Assembly: GCA_951406725.2 (NCBI GenBank) | Contig: OX597840.1 | Location: 37,820,001-37,884,000 of the forward strand | Direction: 5' to 3' | Length of the DNA: 64,000 bases | From: Octopus vulgaris | Taxonomy: Eukaryota | In this document: positions 11,931 through 27,075 of the stretch, piece after piece | Layout: the number at the start of each line of letters is the position of its first letter | Position numbering within the stretch: the stretch's first letter is position 1 | Translations under genes and position numbers: made by a program | The notes under the pieces: generated by a model | The model's input: only the letters and a program-made list of their open reading frames with translations | The model's database searches: none | Told to the model about the DNA's origin: nothing

Positions 11931-13704
11931 GAAAGATCTTTCATTACAGAAATAGTCTCTAGAGAAATATATCCCAGTTTGTGAAAAAATATTACGCGAT
12001 AAATAACGTCATAGGTGCATGCATTTCTGCATTGTTACGCGTCATCATCCACAAATAATAAATTCGTTGTTCACAGACTTATGACAGCAATACTTCTGTC
12101 ATATAAGAACTGAAAACACTAAAGTTTTTGATATGCATAAAGTTTGGCCCAGAAGGAATTAATTCAAATGAGTCAAACGAAGAAGTGCTGATTAAGATAT
12201 ATATCATTGTACACAATGACATTTTACACATTCCTGAACACTCGTACATTGGAAGAACTTTCGCTGCTGAAGTAGTTTCGAGGGAAAGTATCTCATGCTG
12301 TCTAAAGTAAGATATTTCGTTTCGTAGTCATGTGGTACCGGTTTCGATTCCACTACGTCGCAAAACAAATCCTTATTAATTAGATGACGTAGACAGGAAT
12401 TATATAAAGTTGCTTCACGTGTGTTGCGACTTTAATTTCCACGCCAACCTCGCCAAACTATATCAGGCTACTTCCAGTCGTGGATTACGTCATAGGTGCA
12501 TATCTCTGTGGAATATTCTGCCATTTAGACTTTTATTTCATGCGCAAGTGCTTCGATAGTTCGAACAGGTAAATATCCATCATGAAAATCGACGGAAATC
12601 CATTCACTTATTTTAATTGTTTAAGAGCGCTGTGAGCTATAATATAGTTAGTGATTTCCCGTTCTCAGTTGAGTTCTAACCTTTATCGATTTTACTTTTC
12701 CTACTTCAATATAAAACAAAGCAGGAATCAAACGCTAATGTCTATAATAGTGAATTTATCCTTCCTCCAAAATGTATTGTTAATCATTCGAAGATTTACA
12801 CTTCCTTTGTTCCGACTGTTAATGTCCTCATCATTTATAAGTATTCTTGGAAAGACATTTGCTGCAAATACTCACAATTTTGTAATTATTTTCCTTTCCT
12901 GACAAACAAACCGAACGATATTACACACAGTTATGAACAGAAGTAGTTATAACTTTGACGACAAAGCTGGATTTCTATGAAATCAGTAGCGTAATAGCGC
13001 AGGCGATGAGTAACAAGAGAAGTTTGTTTATAACGAAACACGATAACAGACTTCATAATAATCATTTTAGTTTACGTGTGCGAAGCAGAACAACATTTGA
13101 TTAAACATTTTCAAGAAATGTAAGGTTCTTCTTAAAAGCCACTCAACTGGACAGCCCACACTTCAAGAAGATAATAGCAATTTCTGTAGTCAAATACTCA
13201 TTATGATGGCAAACAAAAGGATATTCCAAGGGGACATGCGAACATCTCATTAACTTCATTTGATATGGTGATTTCCTCATTGATATTTCGCTTGAACTTT
13301 GCATAATGATAAAACCGCAGACATTACAAAGTTCTGACAATGAAGCAAAAAGAGAGAAAAAAAGAGAGAAACAAGCCAGAAAAAATAATGAAAAGAAAAT
13401 ATTAAAAAAAAGTGAGAGAGAAAAATCAGCGAGAAACGAAAGAAAAGCCAAGATAATTGAAGCAAGTAGAGATCTTGTTGGAGCTGAAATCTACAATGGA
13501 TGTTCAAAATTATCAACCGAAAAGTCAAGGACGCGAGACGTGAAAAAGGAAATTCGATTAAGCAGTTTGTTGTGTAAAAAAGTTGTAATAACTCCCGTTT
13601 ATATCATTGTCATTTGAGAAAAACTGCCTTAATTAATAAACTATTAAATTAACTCGAAGTTATACACCTTTAGGTGAATGATAGTAATAAGAAAAAATAA
13701 CTAA

Positions 13705-13940
13705 GGCGGAGAGTTAGCAGAACCGTTAGCACGCCGGGCGAAATGCGTAGTCGTATTTCGTCTGCCGCTACGTTCTGAGTTCAAATTCCGCCGAGGTCGA
13801 CTTTGCCTTTCATCTTTTTCGGGGGTCGACAAATTAAGTACCAGTTACGCACTTGGGTCGATCTAATCGATTTAATCCGTTTGTCTGTCCTTGTTTGTCC
13901 CCTTCTATGTTTAGCCCCTTGTGGGCAATAAAGAAATAAA
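13705..13940 (+). mobile_element. SINE family A, full length
   Basis: Head ggcggagagttagcagaaccgttag, B-box gagttcaaattcc, central gccgaggtcgactttgcctttcatc (Nin-domain-like by recall), tail gtgggcaataaagaaata. Confidence 0.9.
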
Positions 13941-14742
13941 TAATAAAAATAACAACAGCAACAACAACGACGACGACGATGATGATGATGATCAGGAAGA
14001 GGAGGGTGAGGATTTCTGTTATTAACCACAGGGTCAAAATGGGCGTGAAATCAAAAAGTCAGTTTGCATTTTGTATGGGTTTTGCATAAAAAGATGAGGA
14101 AGAAAATGATGATAAACCGGCGTATTTAAATCACGGCCTAGTAACAGCTTTTTCATGTTGTCATCTGATTTATGGAAACAATACAACATCTAGGCTTCAC
14201 GTAATGAATCATTCTACATGCTGTTAAAATGTCCCGTGCAAAGCTTATAGCTAGGTATTTTTTGAGCACCACTCCTGCAGAAGGTCGAGGACTATGGGCA
14301 GAAATGCATCTCCGCTCTTCCAAAGCTTATTTGCGAAGAGACTGACCGATTCATTTTCATACGTCTCACCCCTTCTGTGGCCGTCCATAGCTATGCAGCT
14401 TTTATGAGTCGTTACCTCAACTCTTTACTCAACCTCATCAGTAGCTACAGTTTACCGACACAGTCACAGAGAGTATTTTCTCCTCTGCCGCTTAATTACA
14501 CAACATTTAAGTGCAGCATGGTTGTCTTTTCAGTTGGAACACTTTGTCGTCGCAATCTAAAATCCGTGACGAACATGATAATTATTTCATCGGTGGAATA
14601 TAATTCTGTTATTTGTTCATAAGTGATGTGCATTCATTATCCACATCACAAAACAAACGACTCCAGCATCTTATATCCTTCAATGTTTGTTTATCGTGGC
14701 AACCCTCATCTAAAATCCGTTCCATTGATAGTAATAATATAA

Positions 14743-14973
14743 GGCGGCGAGCTGGCAGAAACGTTAGCACGCCGGGCGAAATGCGTAGCCGTATTTCGTC
14801 TGTCGTTAAGTTGTGAGTTCAAATTCCGCCGAGGTCGACTTTGCCTTTCATCCTTTCGGGGTCAATAAATTAAGTACCAGTTACGCACTGGGGTCGATGT
14901 TATCGACTTAATACCTATGTCTGTCCTTGTTTGTTCCCTCTGTGTTTGGCCCCTTGTGGGTAATAAAGAAATA
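14743..14973 (+). mobile_element. SINE family A, full length with TSD
   Basis: Same motifs as 13705; 13-bp TSD agtaataatataa (14730-14742) / agtattaatataa (14974-14986). Confidence 0.92.
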
Positions 14974-15244
14974 AGTATTAATATAAAATTTACATAATTT
15001 TACATAAGAAATATAGCAGTTTGTGAGCGAATAATTGTGCAGTCGCCTGTCTATACTATGAATGTCATTGTTCTCTTTTATATCAAGATTTCTTGCTAAT
15101 TGAGAAAGAACTGGTTTCTAACCTAGGTCCAAGTTTCCTTCAACAACATCAACATATTGTATATTGTAATTTTGTCTTTATGTATCTGAGCAGACTTGTG
15201 TGTTTCGTTTACTTATGTTGACTAGACATGCTCGTATACACTTA

Positions 15245-15311
15245 AATGATGTTGACATTGAAGATAAACGATGAAGATGATGATGACGATGATAATGATG
15301 ACGACGACGAC

Positions 15312-15354
<43 letters not shown>

Positions 15355-15600
15355 GTGATGACGATGGTGATGGTGATGATGATGACGATGGTGATGATGA
15401 TGATGATGGTGATGATGACAATGGTGATGATGGTAACGATGATGATGGCGGTAATAATCACGATGGCGGCGATAACGACGACGACAACGACGATGATGTC
15501 GACGATTATAATGCGAATAATAATTACGATAATGGTGAGGATGATGAAGATGACGACGACGATGATGATGATGATGATGATGATGAAGACGCCGACGAAG
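15245..15600. repeat. (GAT/GAC)n microsatellite
   Basis: Direct runs; these explain the poly-D ORF. Confidence 0.9.
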
Positions 15601-15892
15601 AAGAATGCGTTGCTGGTATTAACATATGAACGAGATTATAAATATAACCTCTGTGCGTAACCCTTCGGTTGTTTGCTTTGGAATCTGTCTTTGGAAAAGG
15701 AGATCTTACAAATGACGGAACTGATTCAATAAAATTTCTGTTTTTTCGAAACCTTTCACCTGCGATTAACAATGGAGTTCCTATATTTATATCGCGAACA
15801 TCGACAACAGGAAGATCAACAACGATAGGCAGAGTAAAGGCAACGGTATCAACAGCAACAACAAGAGGAAGAATGAAAAAAAATTCGCAAGC

Positions 15893-16705
<813 letters not shown>

Positions 16706-16981
16706 TTCGAGCTTGCAGAAGTGGTTTCCATGCCGAGCAAAATTCCGTGTGAATTAGAGAAGGGGTTTGAAAAAACAAGGCATTTAAGTTTCAACAACTC
16801 ACACATCGCATAAACTGCGTAATAGCCATTCAGCGACTTAAGAGAGACCAACACAAGCTATGAAGCATTACATCCTATACAACACAGACTCAATAATATC
16901 GTCGTATTACGAAGCATATACGGAGACATTACTCTCTCATAAATCAGGAAAAAGGTCGTGCACCACCGTGTTAAAATAATG

Positions 16982-17018
<37 letters not shown>

Positions 17019-17022
<4 letters not shown>

Positions 17023-17283
17023 AAACGAGTCAAAAATAGAAAATGCTAAGGTAATTTTATAGTGAATCTTTCAGTACCGGTTTCGGTCATTTTGAGACCT
17101 TTTCAACTGTAACGATTAAATAATTAAATTTAGAAAAATTAGAAGAAAAGTTTTTTTAAAAGAATATTTCTGTAGTAGTGTTCAGATATAAGTAGCATTC
17201 TGCCTTTCTCTGACTCCCTTGTTTGCACTTGTGTGTTCGAGGTTGTTTTGAGTTCTTGGTAGGATAGGTGAAGAATAAGGAGG

Positions 17284-17288
<5 letters not shown>
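17019..17288 (-). mobile_element. Penelope-like terminal (pLTR) fragment in (TA)n
   Basis: About 270-bp island flanked on both sides by (TA)n and carrying a hammerhead motif; PLE origin is inferred from that association. Confidence 0.55.
17072..17109 (-). ncRNA. Minimal type-I hammerhead ribozyme motif, U3-A8 variant
   Basis: Minus strand reads cag-UUGAAAA-gguc(ucaaaau)gacc-GAAA-ccgg-UA-cug; stems I and II pair, palindromic stem III, GUA cleavage triplet. Confidence 0.7.
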
Positions 17289-17360
<72 letters not shown>

Positions 17361-18277
17361 GTTGTGTTTGTTTATTCAGTTCATGTCATGTTGAATGGTG
17401 ACTCACGGCGCACGAACTTTTTTCTGAGCTTAGAACTTCGGAAAGAATTATGTTGCATAAATATATTATGGGATAGAAAACAAATACAAACTCCAAATTA
17501 TTTATAACTGGGCATTAAAAGAGAATCATGTCCTGTCATTTATTATGTTTTGTGAAAGCTACGCTCGAAAAAGACGCACTAACTTTATTTGCGTTTAGAC
17601 ATTTGGTGCATGAAACTCTGCGAGGGTTTATTCAGTACTTTAGAGTTTCGGTGCAATATACGTACATATATATACATGCACACAAACACACAGACACACG
17701 TGCGCGCACGTATATATATGCAAATGAGCGAAAAAAAAGCACTATTGATTGAAAATCGAAATCTGTGTAACGCACTAAGCAAATATATCGTTGATAGCCG
17801 AGAAGTAATCGTATACATTTTGAGATAACGTCCCTTATAGAAATCGAGTGGATTTATAGCCTCAGGAGTTACATATTATTTATATATAAGAATGTTCTTA
17901 TGACATTCATAAATCTAAATTATATATTTATCTCTTCATCCGCTTCAACTTACCCCATTAAAGCGATTCCTTTCACATCTCCAGACTTATCTTTTATCAA
18001 AGATAAAAACACGGTTTTATAAAGTACACGTCGTACGATTCATAGTCGGAAGAACAAAACTTGTAAAACGATTATAGCAAACCAAAAAGTTTATTTGGTA
18101 CTATGGTTTCGCGTACCCTCTACTAACTTTGGTGTAATAGTGATGCATCAAACATTTTCTCCGAAGAAACAGGTTCAACTCCCTGTGGTAAGCGTCGAAT
18201 GGTTAACATTTTTTGTTTTTTATAATGTTTTTTAACATTAGTAACAAAACCTTTTACTTACTATTACTTAAATCTTC

Positions 18278-18465
18278 GCGGCGCTGTGCCGCCAGAATAC
18301 TTAGCGGCATTTCGTCCATCTTTATTTTCTGAGTTCAAATATCCCCGTGGTCAACTTTGCCTTTCTTCCTTTCGGGGTCCTTAAAATAAGTCTCAGTAGA
18401 TCTCTGGTGTCGATATAATCGACTTATCTCTTCCCTCTCAAATTTAGGCTTTTGTACCTACAGCA
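18278..18465 (+). mobile_element. SINE family A, degenerate
   Basis: gcatttcgtcc...ctgagttcaaat...ggtcaactttgcctttcttcctttcggggtc. Confidence 0.75.
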
Positions 18466-19064
18466 GACATGATTATCTATTTATCAGCTTTGTCTTGTAC
18501 TTTTAAAACAATGCAAGTGTGTGTGTGTGTGTGTGTGAGTCTCTGCTCGCACTTTACTCATTTCCTCGTATTTCCCTCCGCATCTATGCGCACAGTATTA
18601 AATGTCAGAGTTTCGCAATGGCGCTTATTTCTTAAAACATTGTGCCTGTCTTTGAAAACTGATAACATTATTGATGAAAGACTGGTTTATAAAATTAATA
18701 TTCTAATATGTAAATAAGTTCACAAATACGACAGTTTATTAAGATATTCAATGTAAGCGTAAGACGGACAGAAAGTAGAGGATAAGAACCAAGAGAAAGG
18801 AGGGGGTAGATAAGAAAAAGAAAAAAAAAAAAAAAAAGGAGAAAGGTGGAAACGAGAGACATATTAAATGAGGAATGAAATCTAGAAAAAGAAAGAAAAA
18901 CAAGCGATTACGAAGGAGTAGAAGTGTTTGAGAGAAAGAAAGATCATTAAAGGAAGGAGCCGACAAGAAATGTGATAATATAATTGTTGTGCATCACTGA
19001 CTAAGTTAATTTCACTGGAAAGAGAGAATAATTTTCTTGCATTCCATTTATTTCTATCCCTGCG

Positions 19065-19142
<78 letters not shown>

Positions 19143-19339
19143 TGTGTGTAAGTTTGTGTGAGCGCGTGCACGCGTTCTTCCGTTGCTTGTTGTTATCTTC
19201 CTCGTGGTACATGGAAATCTACGGCGGTTCTGCATACCAGCACTTGAATTCCTTAAACGATCTTTATATGCACTGATATTGTTCTGGTTAAATACGTTTT
19301 TTTCTGCTGTGTATAACTACTCTTTATCGAATGATATCA

Positions 19340-19503
19340 GGTACAGGAGTGGCTGTGTGGTAAGAATCTTCCATCCTGTTCCCATATCTCCGGGTTCAGT
19401 CCCACTACGTGCCACCTTGGTCGAGTGTCTTCTACTATAGCGTCGGATCGACCGAAAGTGTTTTGCGAGTGGATTTGGTAGATGGGAACTGAAAGAAACC
19501 CGT
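19340..19503 (+). mobile_element. SINE family B, 5' half
   Basis: ggagtggctgtgtggtaag...cgggttcagtcccactacgtgccaccttgg...gagtggatttggtagatgggaactgaaagaaacccgt. Confidence 0.85.
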
Positions 19504-19535
<32 letters not shown>

Positions 19536-19597
19536 ATTTAAATTCACGGAAAACAGAAGACAAAAGATTAGATAGATGAATTTGGTAGATAGGAATT

Positions 19598-19996
19598 GAG
19601 TGGCTGAGTGGTAAGTAGCTTGCTAGCCAACCACATGGTTCCGGGTTCAGTCCCACTGCGTGGCATCTTGGGCAAGTGTCTTCTGCTATAGCCCCGGGCT
19701 GACCAATGCCTTGTGAGTGGATTTGGTAGACGGAAACTGAAAGAAGCCTGTCATATATATGTATATGTATATATGTGTGTGTGTGTTTGTGTGTCTGTGT
19801 TTGTCCCCTTAGCATTGCTTGACAACCGATGCTGGTGTGTTTACGTCCCCGTCACTTAGCGGCTCGGCAAAAGAGACCGATAGAATAAGTACTGGGCTTA
19901 CAAAGAATAAGTCCCAGAGCCGATTTGCTCGACTAAAGGCGGTGCTCCAGCATGGCCGCAGTAAAATGACTGAAACAAGTAAAAGGGTAAAAGAGT
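19598..19996 (+). mobile_element. tRNA-derived SINE family B, full length (CORE-like segment, internal (TA)/(TG) tract)
   Basis: A-box gagtggctgagtggtaag, B-box gggttcagtccc, ttgggcaagtgtc segment, 3' half ending ggtgctccagcatggccgcag...actgaaacaagtaaaag. Confidence 0.9.
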
Positions 19997-20101
19997 ATAT
20001 ATATATGTGTGTGTGTGTTTGGGTGGGTGGGCGTATTTATATATACTTATATATACACACATATATATATATATATATACTCAATATACACATACACGTA
20101 T

Positions 20102-20165
<64 letters not shown>

Positions 20166-20383
20166 GTGTATACATAGACGTGACTAAGTTGACTGACGTT
20201 GCTTGATAGCAATACTAGTCAGAAAAACTTTTAGGCACGGGGAAGCATTTATCTAAGGATTTATTGCGAAGAAGCTACCTCAATAATTTATAATCTTCAC
20301 TTTTACCCTTTATGGAATCATTCTCTGATTCCTACATTGTTTTCTATAAAAATTTAGCTTTAATCCTCAGCAAACGGTTGAGA

Positions 20384-20429
20384 GTCACTGATGAGGTTTA
20401 ATCAAATCCGAACTCATCGATGATCAGGC
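20384..20429 (+). ncRNA. Degenerate hammerhead-like motif
   Basis: CUGAUGA-gguuu(aauc)aaaucc-GAAC-ucaucgauga-UC; palindromic stem III, but GAAA is altered to GAAC and stem I is poor. Confidence 0.35.
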
Positions 20430-20947
20430 ATTGTCTCGCTTGCTGTAGGGAGCCTGTCACCCTTGTGAGTCTTGTGATAACAACTTCCCGTGGCTAAGTG
20501 TTGTTCTAACTCTTATTTCTAGCAACGGTGGGGCTGACGTTTATACTTCGGTCTTCTGGTTGTAAATTGCAGATAAGCCTTTGGCTCGTAGATGTCTTAT
20601 CATACTCTAAAGCCGAAGTGTGTTCTGTTAAGAACGTATAAGAGTGCAAATACAGCTCGTTCACGCTTAGAATTCCCAAATAGCCAGTAGTATTCTTAGT
20701 TTTCAAAGAAGAAGCCATGGATTTTGTAGCAAGGAAATCTAGATTTAGTTACGGAGACAGCAACTGAGTATCACATGAGGAGATATATATAGCTCTTCTT
20801 ATACAGGTAAATCGTTACATAATTTAATTTAAACTTAGATTTAAATCCTGCATATATGAGGATATGTATGTGTCGAAATATTTGTAGCGTTTATATAGCT
20901 GCCAAACCGTACTTACTCTTGTCTTTGACTCTTTTACTTTTTACTTT

Positions 20948-20963
20948 ATATATACACACATAT

Positions 20964-20994
<31 letters not shown>

Positions 20995-21465
20995 CATACA
21001 TACACACATACATACATATATACATACATACATACATACATACATACTTACGTACATACATACATACATACGTACATATATACATACATACATACATACA
21101 TACGTACATATATACATACATACATACATACATACATTCATACATACATACATACATACATACATACATACATACATACATACATACATACTTACGTACA
21201 TACATACATACATACTTACATACATACATATATACATACATACATACGTATTTACATATATACATACTTACATACATATATACATACTTACATACATGCA
21301 TTCATACATACATACATGCATATCTACATACATACATACATACATACATAAATACATACATACATACATACATACATACATACATACATACATACATTCA
21401 TACATATATACATACATATATACATACATACATACATACATACATACATACTTACATCCATATGT
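20948..21465. repeat. (CATA)n microsatellite
   Basis: Direct runs. Confidence 0.95.
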
Positions 21466-21662
21466 GTGTGTGTGTTTGTGATTGCCCTTCCCCCACCACC
21501 GCTTGACTACCGTGTTGTTGCGCTTGCATTCCCATCACTTAGCGGTTCGGCAAAATACACCAATTAAATACGTGATAGGCTTAAAAAATATGCCCTCGGG
21601 CTACTTTGCTTGACTAAATTCCCTTCGAGACGTTGCCCCAGTTAGCCGCAGTTGGAAACAAA
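21466..21662 (+). mobile_element. SINE family B, 3' half
   Basis: cgcttgactaccg...catcacttagcggttcggcaaaa...gccgcagt matches the 3' half of the 19598 copy. Confidence 0.7.
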
Positions 21663-21845
21663 TGGCAAACTCCTTGACCACTGTTGGCTCTAATACATTG
21701 CGTTTCGGTATACATTAGAATACTTTGGCGGTTGTTTGGTGAGTTGCATTTGAAAGTACCAGAAATGAAATCCAAGATTGTGTGTAATGCAGTTGGTGCT
21801 GGTACCCGAATTACTCTCTTAATATATTGTTGTACATGTTGTATA

Positions 21846-22013
21846 GGCGCAGGAGTATAGTGGCTGTTCGTAGGTAGCTTGCTTGCCAACCACATAGTTC
21901 CGGGTTAAGTACCACGGCATGCCACCTTGAACAAGTGTTTCTTACTATAGCCTCCGCCCAACCAAAGTCTTGTGAGTGGATTTTGTAGACAGAAACCCGT
22001 CGTATACAAATAC

Positions 22014-22052
<39 letters not shown>

Positions 22053-22250
22053 TGTGTGTGTGTGTGTGTGTGGTGTGTTTGTGTATCTGTGTTTACGTCC
22101 CCGTAACTTAGTGGTTCTGCAAAAGAGGACGATAGAATAAGAACTAGGCTGACAAAGAATAAATCCTGTAGGTGGTGTCGATTTGCCCGAATAAGGGTTT
22201 TATTCCAGCATGGCCGCAGTCTAATAACTGAAACACGTTAATTAAAAAAT
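21846..22250 (+). mobile_element. SINE family B, near full length
   Basis: ggcgcaggag...gtagcttgcttgccaaccaca...tgtgagtggattttgtagac...tttacgtccccgtaacttag...ccagcatggccgcagt. Confidence 0.85.
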
Positions 22251-22807
22251 AGAAAAAAATTATACGTGACAACATATATCTCCATCGATCCATTTTGGCA
22301 GTAAAGTTTAGAAGAATATTCTAAATCGGATCCACACCATTGGCTTTGGCGTCCAATGACCTTCTGAAGTGTTAGTGATTAGCATCATAAGAAATTCTTC
22401 TTTTGCGATGTTACATTCGATAGAAGATGCTTAAGAATTTCTTGGAGTTACAAAATATTCAGGATGAAGTTTGAGATATTTCATGTTTTTCTTCAAGATT
22501 ATAAGACGTGTTTTGCAGCTTTATTGAGGTGTACCAAAATCTCATTAAGTTTCATTCAAATGTATTATTTCTCTGCTAACCCTGAACGCATTCTCTAAAA
22601 TATATACCCGTGATTTTTCCTGTAAGGTAATTGCTGTAATTAAGTTTTTTAAATGCATCGCTCGCATCGCTTTTGGGTCTATAGATATCTGTATTCGAGC
22701 ATGCGTGAATATGAGTGCGTATGCACATACAAAACACACATATATTTGTATTTATGTATGTGTGTGCATATATGTATTTACCTATCTATCTATCTATCTA
22801 TCTATCA

Positions 22808-22949
<142 letters not shown>

Positions 22950-23068
22950 ATGTAATAAATAAAATATATGCATACATACATACATATATGTACGTACCTA
23001 CATCTGCATGTGTATATAAATGCATATATAATATATATATATGTTAGTACAGGACACAGGACAAACAA

Positions 23069-23106
<38 letters not shown>

Positions 23107-23702
23107 TACATATATATATATGTATGTATGTGTATGTATGTCTGTGTGCCTGTGAGTGTTTGTGTATGTGTGTGTATCATGTTGTAAATTTACAGTTCTT
23201 GGGATTAATAATTCTAAAGCGATTTATTATTTAAAACCTATTGCCACAGAAGCAAACAATTTTATCGTTATGATTGTCATTCTTCTTGTCTTCCTTCTCC
23301 TTTCCCTTCTTCGCTCTTTTATTCTTCTTAACATTATCAATATTATCGCATTCAATTGATAATGATGATGTTGACCATGTTGATTAAGATAAAGTTAATG
23401 GTGGTGCATTGAGGGGATAGAGGAATGAAAAACAGAATCCTTAGGACTACGTCACTAGATTAAATAGGAAGAGACATTTTTAAATAATCGCTACAATTTG
23501 ATAGAATTCCTGATAAGTCGATGTTAACTAGAAGATTATGATAAAAAAAAAGGTTCAAGAGAGAAATATGGAACATTAAAAATTACAGCTGAATATCAAA
23601 GGCACGCAACTCATTCTACGTTCTGGCTGGAGATAAAAGTTAATGATCCCTTATTTTACACCATTTTATAAGAAAATAATTCGCAGAGAGAAAGAGTGAG
23701 GG

Positions 23703-23733
<31 letters not shown>

Positions 23734-23804
23734 TGTTCATACGTATGTATTTATATATGTACACACACACACACAGAGGCACACATACACAAACACACAC
23801 ACAT

Positions 23805-23865
<61 letters not shown>

Positions 23866-24066
23866 TATATGAGAGTCAAGACTATTGAAAAGGGTTGCAA
23901 GGCGCATCGAAAATTTTAGGAAAATAATAAGAAATAAGTGTAAATTTTACCGGTGAGTGTGTTACATTATAAGGCACAAAAAAGAAAATGACTCTCTCCA
24001 GGCACAACAGAAAATGCTTCAACACACGAACTCATATAAAGAATCTTGTAAACCAAATCCAAAACA

Positions 24067-24103
<37 letters not shown>

Positions 24104-24106
24104 CAT

Positions 24107-24197
<91 letters not shown>

Positions 24198-24720
24198 CTT
24201 TAGTTCAAATTTACAGAAAACAAAAGGCGAAGACGAGTCAAGGATTAATAAGCAGGTGTATTTGTTTGACGCTAGGGCCTACTTTGACGCTAGGGCCTAA
24301 CGTTTCGAGCCTACTTTCTTCAGCAGAAAGGAATGAGAGATGAGAAAAAAGGAAAGAGAACGAAAAGAGACGGAGAGAGAAAAGAATGTATAGGATTTAA
24401 CAGTTGAACAAGATGGAATGGCGTCTATACGAAGTAGATTTTCTTTACTTCTGATCCTTCATGATATCCGGCTTTCCTTTCATCTGACCACATCTGAGAG
24501 GACTTAGCAGGTTCTGCAAATGATCATACCCCTTCCTAGCTGTATTGATTTATAGTTCCCGCATATTTCCTAATGTAGGTACAACGTTGCCTTATATCAA
24601 CAGACGTCTGGGTTTCGTTTCTTTATTTGTGGTTGATAACATAGTACGTGTTCAATGTGTGTTGAATGCTTTCGATGGCAGTTTGTGACGTTCAATGTAA
24701 AACATGAAGAATATACATTG
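24198..24720 (-). mobile_element. Penelope-like fragment with degenerate hammerhead motif (about 24295-24330)
   Basis: Homologous to 31125-31370 (aaaaggcgaagac...gtgtatttgtttgacgct...acgtttcgagccta); minus strand cuuu-CUGCUGA-agaaaguaggcuc-GAAA-cgu-UA. The extension beyond about 24420 is uncertain. Confidence 0.5.
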
Positions 24721-24747
24721 AACAAACTTTTAGATTTTATCAGATAA

Positions 24748-25144
24748 CTAGCAGTATCGCCCGGCGTTGCTCGGGTTTGTTTCGACCCTTTAGAATTGGA
24801 ATTTTTGAAAAATAATTATTTTGCATTATGTAGCTTGTTGTTCTCTTTAAGTGAACATTTTTCTGGTTGAAATACACCGAAAAATGCCGACACAGTAGTC
24901 AATAAATCGTAAAAAACAGGGATTTTCATAGACAAAAGAGCATCTTTTTAAAGTAAATAATTTTTGGTGTTAACATGATCCGATTTGAATTTCTTCTTCT
25001 ACAGAAGGAAGAGCAAGCCTTCTTCTATCATATTCTCAATTTTGGTCAACTTGAGCCGCAGGGTCTCGGAGGAGATAGTATTAGTTGAAGCCTACCGAAC
25101 CTGCCATACACAGACAACTTCAGCTTTATATGTATATATACAGA
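24748..25144 (-). mobile_element. Non-autonomous Helitron, copy 1
   Basis: On the minus strand it starts a|TC and ends with hairpin cccgagcaacgccggg followed by CTAG|t; no TSD; second copy at 46478-46863. Confidence 0.85.
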
Positions 25145-25479
25145 TAAGCATACGGCGTAAACGTCCTATGTGTGCTTCTAAGAATATAATGAAAATATAT
25201 GCGTTCCGTTATTCAACTGAAAATTGCGTAGGATGTTGGCGATGCCTAGCAGGGCCATTTTCCGATCTGTGTTCTGTCAGCCCAGATATGACTTCTATAA
25301 TTTTATTAATCTTCTTCGCTACAACGCCTGCTCCTTCTTTTGTTATTTGCAGGGATTTTATTTTTATGCACCGTATTTTGCTTATTTTATTCTAAACATC
25401 CATGTTCTGCCATCGGCATTTCACCGTCTTCTGGGCAATGTTTTGGCCGAAACGAAGAAATATTTGTCAGCAAAGTTTA

Positions 25480-25550
25480 TATATATGTATATATGTGTTA
25501 CATATATATATATGTATATAGATATATGTGTCACAGGAACGTATGGATAC

Positions 25551-25613
<63 letters not shown>

Positions 25614-25985
25614 AGTGTGTATGCGTGTGTTTTAGGAACGTATGCATGTATGTATGTATATATATATATATATGTAACTATATGCATATGTATGCATATA
25701 TGTATATATATATATATGTATACATAAATATACATATGAGTATGTGTGTGTGTACATATATATATATATATACATTTATATATATATATGTATATATATA
25801 AATACATATATACACACATATATATATATACATACATATAAATATATACATAAATACATATATATACATATACATATATATACATATACATATATATATA
25901 TATATATATATTTGTATATATATATATATATATGTATATACACCTACACATACACACATATATATATATATATACATATATCATG
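25480..25985. repeat. (TA)n-rich microsatellite
   Basis: Direct runs. Confidence 0.95.
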
Positions 25986-26507
25986 ATATATCTTAAACAA
26001 TATATCAGCTACCTGCACCACCAGCGCAATCGTCAGCTCCGAGTGCAGCGCGGCCTACTCCACCATCAAGCAATCTCTTCCATTACCTTCGCAATCATGT
26101 TCAACACTAACTCTGCAACCACCGACTCCTGTGTCTTTACCAAAATTCACAGCCATATATGATTATAAATGATACTTCCTGCAGGCACTCCTCGAGGGTG
26201 GCCACGTCGAAAATAGAAAGAGGAAAGGAAAAAATGCTGTATGAAAAACTAAAAATAGGTTTTCATTAATTTTTTTTTTTACTTTTGCTTTACCAATCCG
26301 GAGTAAGAAATTAAGAATCTAAGATTTGAAGACTCAGAAATACAGAAAAAAAGAAATTCTAAATTATTTTTTCTTGTCTTTCCCGTGTCGAAAAAAAAAA
26401 ATGCGATTACGTCGAACTGTGAATGGTTTGGGTGCCATCTTTACCTTCATTGTCATTTTCGCACAGACCTTCTGTGAGAGTCGCTCTCAGTACTTCAGCT
26501 TATAAAT

Positions 26508-26513
26508 TCACAC

Positions 26514-26595
<82 letters not shown>

Positions 26596-26666
26596 ACACG
26601 TACACACGCATATGTATGTGTATATATATATATATTTATATATATATGTATATTTATATATATATT

Positions 26667-26697
<31 letters not shown>

Positions 26698-26863
26698 GCA
26701 TATATATATATGTATATAAATATGTATATATATGCATATATATATGTATATATATATGTATATGTATATATGTATATATACACACACACGGAGTATTTTT
26801 TGTTGATGTTACCTTCACAGAACAGTATACATATGTATGTATGTATGTATGTATGAATGTATG

Positions 26864-26894
<31 letters not shown>

Positions 26895-27075
26895 ATGTGT
26901 GTATATATATATAAATAAGAAAGATACATGTATGTGTGCATCTAATGTTATATGTATGCATGTAAAGACAAACATATATGTATGTAAATACACACACACA
27001 CTCACACACAGACACACACATATATATATATAATCTATATTACATATACACATATATAGATGTGTGTACACATAT
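26508..27075. repeat. (CA)n/(TA)n microsatellite
   Basis: Direct runs. Confidence 0.95.

Noticed and set aside
13306-13617. Lys/Glu/Arg-rich 103-aa ORF
   Set aside because: Driven by A/G-rich low-complexity sequence; no domain or splice support.
14385-14450. CUGAUGA flanked by agcua/uagcu on the minus strand
   Set aside because: No GAAA box or cleavage triplet in register.
15660-15790. Possible minus-strand exon GERFRKNRNFIESVPSFVRSPFP
   Set aside because: The acceptor is weak, no convincing donor is present and no domain is recognised.
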